Below, piece after piece: positions 59,471 to 64,000 of a stretch of 64,000 nucleotides of DNA (within the stretch, counting starts at the first letter, position 1; every line of letters starts with the position of its first letter). A program made the translations under genes and the position numbers. Origin of the DNA: SAR202 cluster bacterium (lineage in GTDB: Bacteria; Chloroflexota; Dehalococcoidia; Lucifugimonadales; UBA6952); NCBI GenBank assembly GCA_009392515.1, contig VFGE01000026.1, forward strand, positions 2,322 to 66,321, read 5' to 3'. The notes beneath the pieces are model-generated. The model saw only the letters and a list, made by a program, of their open reading frames with translations. It was not told where the DNA came from and searched no databases.

Positions 59471-60742
59471 ATGAGTATAAATTTTAACGAAATTTGTATA
59501 TCTGCAAAAAAAGCTGCAAGAGAATTTTCATTACTTGATGCTAAGCAAAGAAATCAAATATTGCTTCGTATCGCTTCAAGAATATTAGAATCCAAAAATG
59601 AAATACTAGATGCAAATAAAATTGATTATGATAATGCTAAAGAAAGTGGTGCAGATCATCATATCTTAGATCGATTATATTTAAATGAAGAAAGAATAGA
59701 TGCAATAGTTGATGGGGTTTATCAGGTAGTTGAATTAGAGGATCCACTGGATATTGAATATGATAATTCTGTTAGACCAAATGGTTTAAACGTTAGTAAA
59801 ATATCAGTACCTCTTGGTGTAATTGGAGCTATTTATGAAAGTAGACCAAATGTCACACTTGATATAGTGGCTTTGTGTGTGAAATCAGGAAATGTCAGTA
59901 TACTAAAGGGGGGGTCTGATACACTTAGTAGCAATAATGCGATTGTATCTTCTATTCATAGAGCTTTTGGCGATTTGAAACTTAATCCAGATATTGTGCA
60001 ATTTATAAATAGTTCCGATCGTAAATACGTAGATTTGATGCTGAATGCCGTTGGTTATATTGATTTGATTATTCCCAGAGGTGGATCTCAGTTAGTTAAT
60101 ATGGTTCGAGAGAAATCAAGAGTACCTGCTATTACGGGCGGTATAGGAGTTTGTCATGTCTATGTTGATGAAAGTGCAGATATAGATAAAGCTGTTGAAA
60201 TAATTTACAATTCCAAGGTTCAAAGACCAAGCGTTTGTAATGCACTCGATACAGTAATTTTTAACCAAAATATAAATAAGGATATAATCCTCAATACTGT
60301 AAAAAAATTAGTTGAGTCAAAGGTCGAAATCCGCGCAGATGATCAAAGTTATGAAATTCTTTCCTCATTAAACAAAGATTATCCTAATAGTATTTATGTG
60401 GCAACTGATGAAGATTGGGGGCAAGAATTTTTATCACTCAAATTGTCAGTAAGAATGACTGACTCGTTAGAAAATGCAATTGAATATATAAATAATTATG
60501 GCGGGCATTCAGAGGCAATTATTTCTGAAAACCAAGATAATACGGCACGATTTTTAAAAGCTATTGATTCTTCAGCAGTTTTTGTGAATGCTAGTACTCG
60601 ATTTAATGATGGTGGGGAGCTTGGTTTAGGAGCGGAAGTAGCTATTAGCACATCTAAAATTCATGCTAGGGGACCAATGGGAATAAAAGACCTCACTAGT
60701 TACAAGTGGATTATTATTGGTGAAGGACAAACCCGGAATTAA
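59471..60742 (+). CDS. proA: glutamate-5-semialdehyde dehydrogenase
   Basis: 423-aa ORF with GVIGAIYESRPNVT and the catalytic Cys context RPSVCNALDT. Confidence 0.93.
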   Translation: MSINFNEICISAKKAAREFSLLDAKQRNQILLRIASRILESKNEILDANKIDYDNAKESGADHHILDRLYLNEERIDAIVDGVYQVVELEDPLDIEYDNSVRPNGLNVSKISVPLGVIGAIYESRPNVTLDIVALCVKSGNVSILKGGSDTLSSNNAIVSSIHRAFGDLKLNPDIVQFINSSDRKYVDLMLNAVGYIDLIIPRGGSQLVNMVREKSRVPAITGGIGVCHVYVDESADIDKAVEIIYNSKVQRPSVCNALDTVIFNQNINKDIILNTVKKLVESKVEIRADDQSYEILSSLNKDYPNSIYVATDEDWGQEFLSLKLSVRMTDSLENAIEYINNYGGHSEAIISENQDNTARFLKAIDSSAVFVNASTRFNDGGELGLGAEVAISTSKIHARGPMGIKDLTSYKWIIIGEGQTRN

Positions 60743-60749
60743 ATTTGTT

Positions 60750-62420
60750 CTATAAACCTGTTGGTGCGGCTGGCGGAAAGTATTCTTGTACTGGAATCTC
60801 AATCACACTTGGCATTCCTGATTTTATAGCCTCATTTACTGCATCACTTATTTGATCAGGTTTTTCTATATAAAAACCTTTTGCTCCAAATACTTCTGCT
60901 AGTTTATCAAATCTTGGGTTCGTGAGATTTACTCCTACGTAATGCTCTTCATGAAGGTTTTTTTGCTGTGATTTTTCAGCACCCATACAATTATTATTTA
61001 ATACAATACTTACTAAAGGGATATTATGTCGTACAGCTGTGTTAATTTCACCACAAGTGTATAAAAATCCCCCATCACCATGGATTGAAATTGCAGTTTT
61101 GTTGGGACGTCCTAATTTTGTACCAAGACCTACACTGTATCCCATTCCCAATGCACCTTGCCCAACATAATTGAACATAGTTCTAGGGTGTTCAAATTTG
61201 AGCCTGTCATAAGATAAACCAGGAGCTACGCCTGCATCTATAGTAATCATTGCGTCTTCAGGGAAAATTTTATTGAATTCTGGAAAAACTTGTTGGGGCA
61301 TAATTGGGGTTTCTGATATATTTTCCTCTTCCTTTAGTCTGTTTAACCTAGATTGTGCCAAGTTTGTGAAAGTTTGCTTCCATTCCGGAAGACTATTTCC
61401 TTGAGGAGATATGGATGAGATGTGTTTAATAAGTTGCTGACCAATTGCAGCTGCATCTCCTACTATACCTACTGCTACTGGATAATTTCTTCCAATCTCA
61501 ATAGGGTCTATATCAATTTGGATTATTTTAGTTGATGGGTTAATGATACTATAATCCCAAGCAGTAGATGCTTGATTTATTCTTGTTCCTAGGGCCAGAA
61601 TAACATCTGCTTTATTCATTGCTTCATGAGCCTCTCCAGAACCTCTAGCTCCAGGAGGACCCACATAATTTGGATGGCTATTGGGGACTGCGTCGTGATG
61701 TCCATATGATGGTACAATCGCCATATCAAGTAACTCTGCTAATGCTACAGCTTCCTTAGACGCTTCAGAATCTAATACTCCACCACCCGCAAGCAATAGT
61801 GGGGATTTAGCATTTAACAACAATTGTGAAGCTAACTGGATTGATTGTTCATCTCCTTGAGTACGACTAATTGACCTATATGAATCTGGTTTTAAAAAAT
61901 CATCTGAAATCATTTCTTTATCTAAAAGGTCTCTAGGTATATCAAGTAAAACAGGACCTTGTTTACCAGAAAGAGCTGTTCTGAATGAATCTCGAATGAG
62001 CGACGGTACCCTAGCTGTAGTATTAGCCTGTACTGCAATTTTTGTGAGAGGTTTTAATATATTTACTAAATCGAATGCTTGAGAGCCGTCTCTTCCAATA
62101 TATTCCATAGCTGTATCACCAGATATTATTACTACAGGGGCTCGACCTTTATAAGCTAGAGATATTCCTCCAGCCAAATTAATTGTTCCAGCGCCAGAAG
62201 TTGTCATACACACAGATGGTTTTCCTGTAACTTTAGAAAAACCATATGCCATCAGAGCGGCACCTTCTTCATGTCTAGTGTCAATAAATTTAATATCTTC
62301 TCTACCATAAGTTTCAGTTACCATACTATTTGTGGTAAGGCCAGTTACACCAAATAAGTATTCAACTTGTTCAGCTCTTAATAACTCTATCACTGCTCGA
62401 CCGGCCTTCATGTTTTCCAT
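60750..62420 (-). CDS. thiamine-diphosphate-dependent enzyme (acetolactate-synthase-large-subunit-like; specific function unknown)
   Basis: 556-aa ORF with three-domain ThDP architecture and the ThDP motif GDGGFLYTCGEINTAVRHNIPLVSIVLNNN. No ilvN or ilvC lies next to it. Confidence 0.8.
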   Translation of the reverse strand: MENMKAGRAVIELLRAEQVEYLFGVTGLTTNSMVTETYGREDIKFIDTRHEEGAALMAYGFSKVTGKPSVCMTTSGAGTINLAGGISLAYKGRAPVVIISGDTAMEYIGRDGSQAFDLVNILKPLTKIAVQANTTARVPSLIRDSFRTALSGKQGPVLLDIPRDLLDKEMISDDFLKPDSYRSISRTQGDEQSIQLASQLLLNAKSPLLLAGGGVLDSEASKEAVALAELLDMAIVPSYGHHDAVPNSHPNYVGPPGARGSGEAHEAMNKADVILALGTRINQASTAWDYSIINPSTKIIQIDIDPIEIGRNYPVAVGIVGDAAAIGQQLIKHISSISPQGNSLPEWKQTFTNLAQSRLNRLKEEENISETPIMPQQVFPEFNKIFPEDAMITIDAGVAPGLSYDRLKFEHPRTMFNYVGQGALGMGYSVGLGTKLGRPNKTAISIHGDGGFLYTCGEINTAVRHNIPLVSIVLNNNCMGAEKSQQKNLHEEHYVGVNLTNPRFDKLAEVFGAKGFYIEKPDQISDAVNEAIKSGMPSVIEIPVQEYFPPAAPTGL

Positions 62421-62444
62421 ACTTAATTCTCCACTCTTTTTTAA

Positions 62445-63380
62445 CTAAGATTTTCTTTGCAAAACTTTCTGTACAGCGTTTTCAATACTTGCTGCAGTTA
62501 AGTTGTATTTTTGTAAAAGTTCGGAGGATTCTCCTGATTCTCCATAGCTTGTTAGAGCAACAGGCTCGATTGGTATTGGATAGTTAGAAGTAATTAGTTG
62601 TGACACGAGGCTATTTAATCCTCCACGTATATAATGTTCTTCTGCGGTAACAAAAGCTCCTGTTTTGTGAGCTTGATTTAAAATAGTATTAGTATCAAGC
62701 GGGGACAAATTTGACAGATTAATTACAGAGCAGTCTATACCAGATCTCAGTAAATTATCTTTTGCTTCTAATGCAGCAGAAACCATTATGCCACATGCAA
62801 GTATTGTTGCATCCTTACCATCATGTAAAATTTCTGCTTTTCCTAATTCAAATTTGTAATTATCATCGTGGATTATCGGTGATGATGCTCTAGATGTACG
62901 AATATAAAAGGGGCCAGGAGTTTCTATAGCAGTTTTTATTGCCTGTGCTGCTTCAGGGCCGTCAGAGGGTATAATTACATTGAACCCAGGTAGAGTACAC
63001 ATTAAACCTATATCCTCGATAGATTGTGCAGAACTTCCATCTTCTCCCACAGTTAGACCCGCATGGCTACATACAATTTTTACATTTGCGTGTGGCTGGG
63101 CAATTTGCATTCTAATTTGATCAAATGGTCTGCCAGTGCCAAAAACTGCAAAAGTGGTAGCAACAGCTATTTTCCCACAGGAAGCAAGTCCTGCTGCAAC
63201 ACTCATAATGTTTTGTTCAGCGGGACCAAAATCAAAAAAACGGTCAGGAAATTCATGGCCAAATAGATGAGCAAATGTTGAAACATTTAAATCCCCTCCG
63301 ACAACAACAATATCGTTATTTTTGTGGCCTAGTTCGAGTAATGCTTTACCAAATGCTTCTCTTGTTGCAATTGACTCCAT
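62445..63380 (-). CDS. transketolase, C-terminal (pyrimidine-binding) subunit
   Basis: 311-aa ORF with REAFGKAL, DLNVST, FDFGPAEQNM-like (FDFGPAEQNIMS) and HAGLTVGEDGSSAQ. Confidence 0.88.
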   Translation of the reverse strand: MESIATREAFGKALLELGHKNNDIVVVGGDLNVSTFAHLFGHEFPDRFFDFGPAEQNIMSVAAGLASCGKIAVATTFAVFGTGRPFDQIRMQIAQPHANVKIVCSHAGLTVGEDGSSAQSIEDIGLMCTLPGFNVIIPSDGPEAAQAIKTAIETPGPFYIRTSRASSPIIHDDNYKFELGKAEILHDGKDATILACGIMVSAALEAKDNLLRSGIDCSVINLSNLSPLDTNTILNQAHKTGAFVTAEEHYIRGGLNSLVSQLITSNYPIPIEPVALTSYGESGESSELLQKYNLTAASIENAVQKVLQRKS

Positions 63381-63389
63381 AATATCCCC

Positions 63390-64000
63390 TTAATAATTTT
63401 CAGATAATTTTGATAGTAATGAGTCTGAAATATTCATTTGTTTACCAGCTTCTAAAACTGATTTTTTTGAAAATTTGAGTTCGTGTAGAGCATCTATTAA
63501 TTGTTCAACAGATGGGGCTTTACCATGGAACCCAGGATTATTTTCCATAAAACTTACACCTTTACCTTTGACTGTGTCGGCGATTATTACAGTTGGCTTA
63601 TTAGTGTCAGAAATAGCTTTTTTAAAACTCGATTCTAGTGATTTAGTACTATGTCCATTACATCTAATTACACTCCAGCCAAATGAACTCCATTTATTTC
63701 CGAGAGGTTCTAATGAAGAAACTTCATCTGTAAATCTATCATTTTGTATTTTATTTCTATCTACAATTGCTGTGAGTTTAGATAGGTTGTAATGTGATGC
63801 AGACATTGCTGCTTCCCAAATTTGCCCTTCTTCACATTCGCCGTCGCCTAATAATACATATGTGTTGTATTTTAGATTGTCAATTTTTTCGGCTAATGCT
63901 ATCCCTACACCGAATGACAACCCTTGTCCAAGAGATCCGGCAGACATTTCGACTCCTGGTGTACCAATATGCGTATGGCCTTGTAAATGACTTCCTAATT
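63390..64000 (-). CDS. transketolase, N-terminal (ThDP-binding) subunit, 5'-truncated by the window end
   Basis: Has GSLGQGLSFGVGIALA and the ThDP motif LLGDGECEEGQIWEAAM. The frame stays open upstream of the listed Met (..HLQGHTHIGTPGVE-MSAG) through to position 64000. Confidence 0.85.
   Translation of the reverse strand, partial: LGSHLQGHTHIGTPGVEMSAGSLGQGLSFGVGIALAEKIDNLKYNTYVLLGDGECEEGQIWEAAMSASHYNLSKLTAIVDRNKIQNDRFTDEVSSLEPLGNKWSSFGWSVIRCNGHSTKSLESSFKKAISDTNKPTVIIADTVKGKGVSFMENNPGFHGKAPSVEQLIDALHELKFSKKSVLEAGKQMNISDSLLSKLSENY

Noticed and set aside
1-64000. CRISPR arrays, transposases or IS elements, prophage genes, toxin-antitoxin pairs, and recognisable defence systems.
   Set aside because: None was seen. 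Every ORF longer than 100 aa has either a housekeeping or metabolic assignment or is a simple membrane protein. The only repeat found is the 2 x 18-bp tandem at 47555-47590.

Overview
This is an AT-rich (about one-third G+C by eye), very gene-dense stretch of bacterial chromosome. It uses the standard bacterial code: TGA, TAA and TAG all terminate recognisable genes. I can support about 65 protein-coding genes and one tRNA (tRNA-Asp GUC). Many neighbouring genes overlap by 4-26 nt. I saw no rRNA, CRISPR array, transposase, integrase or phage-like gene, so this looks like core genome rather than an island.

Gene order:
- HAD hydrolase, hisIE, and the glycine-cleavage operon gcvT-gcvH-gcvPA-gcvPB (split P protein)
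- Lrp/AsnC regulator, moaD-moaE, long-type ileS, HtrA protease, RNase PH, ilvE
- a GT4 glycosyltransferase plus CelD-like acyltransferase pair, then thrC and hom
- a membrane PPIase, rpsF-ssb-rpsR, and homocysteine S-methyltransferase
- an inositol-lipid operon (ino1, PimA-like GT, CDP-alcohol phosphatidyltransferase) and an amidase
- an orphan xanthine-dehydrogenase-family Mo subunit with a MoaD/CysO-like GG protein, then a CPBP protease
- an NHL-propeller / alpha-beta-hydrolase / thioredoxin-fold operon, then tRNA-Asp
- two family-III CoA-transferases and an acyl-CoA dehydrogenase, a YeiH-type membrane protein, a GalE-like epimerase, yvcK, and cmk-plsC-glmS
- an OpuA-like glycine-betaine ABC importer
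- a PhoB/PhoR-type two-component pair with pstSCAB-phoU
- cvpA, an MBL hydrolase, holB-lysA, proB-proA, a ThDP enzyme, and a split transketolase cut by the window end

The most noteworthy observation is that the thioredoxin-fold gene at 32503-33192 is interrupted by a single in-frame TGA. The TGA sits exactly at the active-site Cys position and is followed at once by a stem-loop with SECIS-like geometry. This makes it a candidate selenoprotein, and the ORF track misses it because it shows only the C-terminal 181 aa.

Secondary observations:
- an orphan Mo-hydroxylase large subunit co-transcribed with a second MoaD-like sulfur carrier
- an unusually long structured spacer inside the opuA locus
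- a perfect 18-bp tandem repeat and a recurring TCGWAA motif upstream of the pho regulon genes

The gene content fits a streamlined marine heterotroph, possibly Chloroflexota- or Actinomycetota-like. That taxonomy is inference only and cannot be settled from this window.
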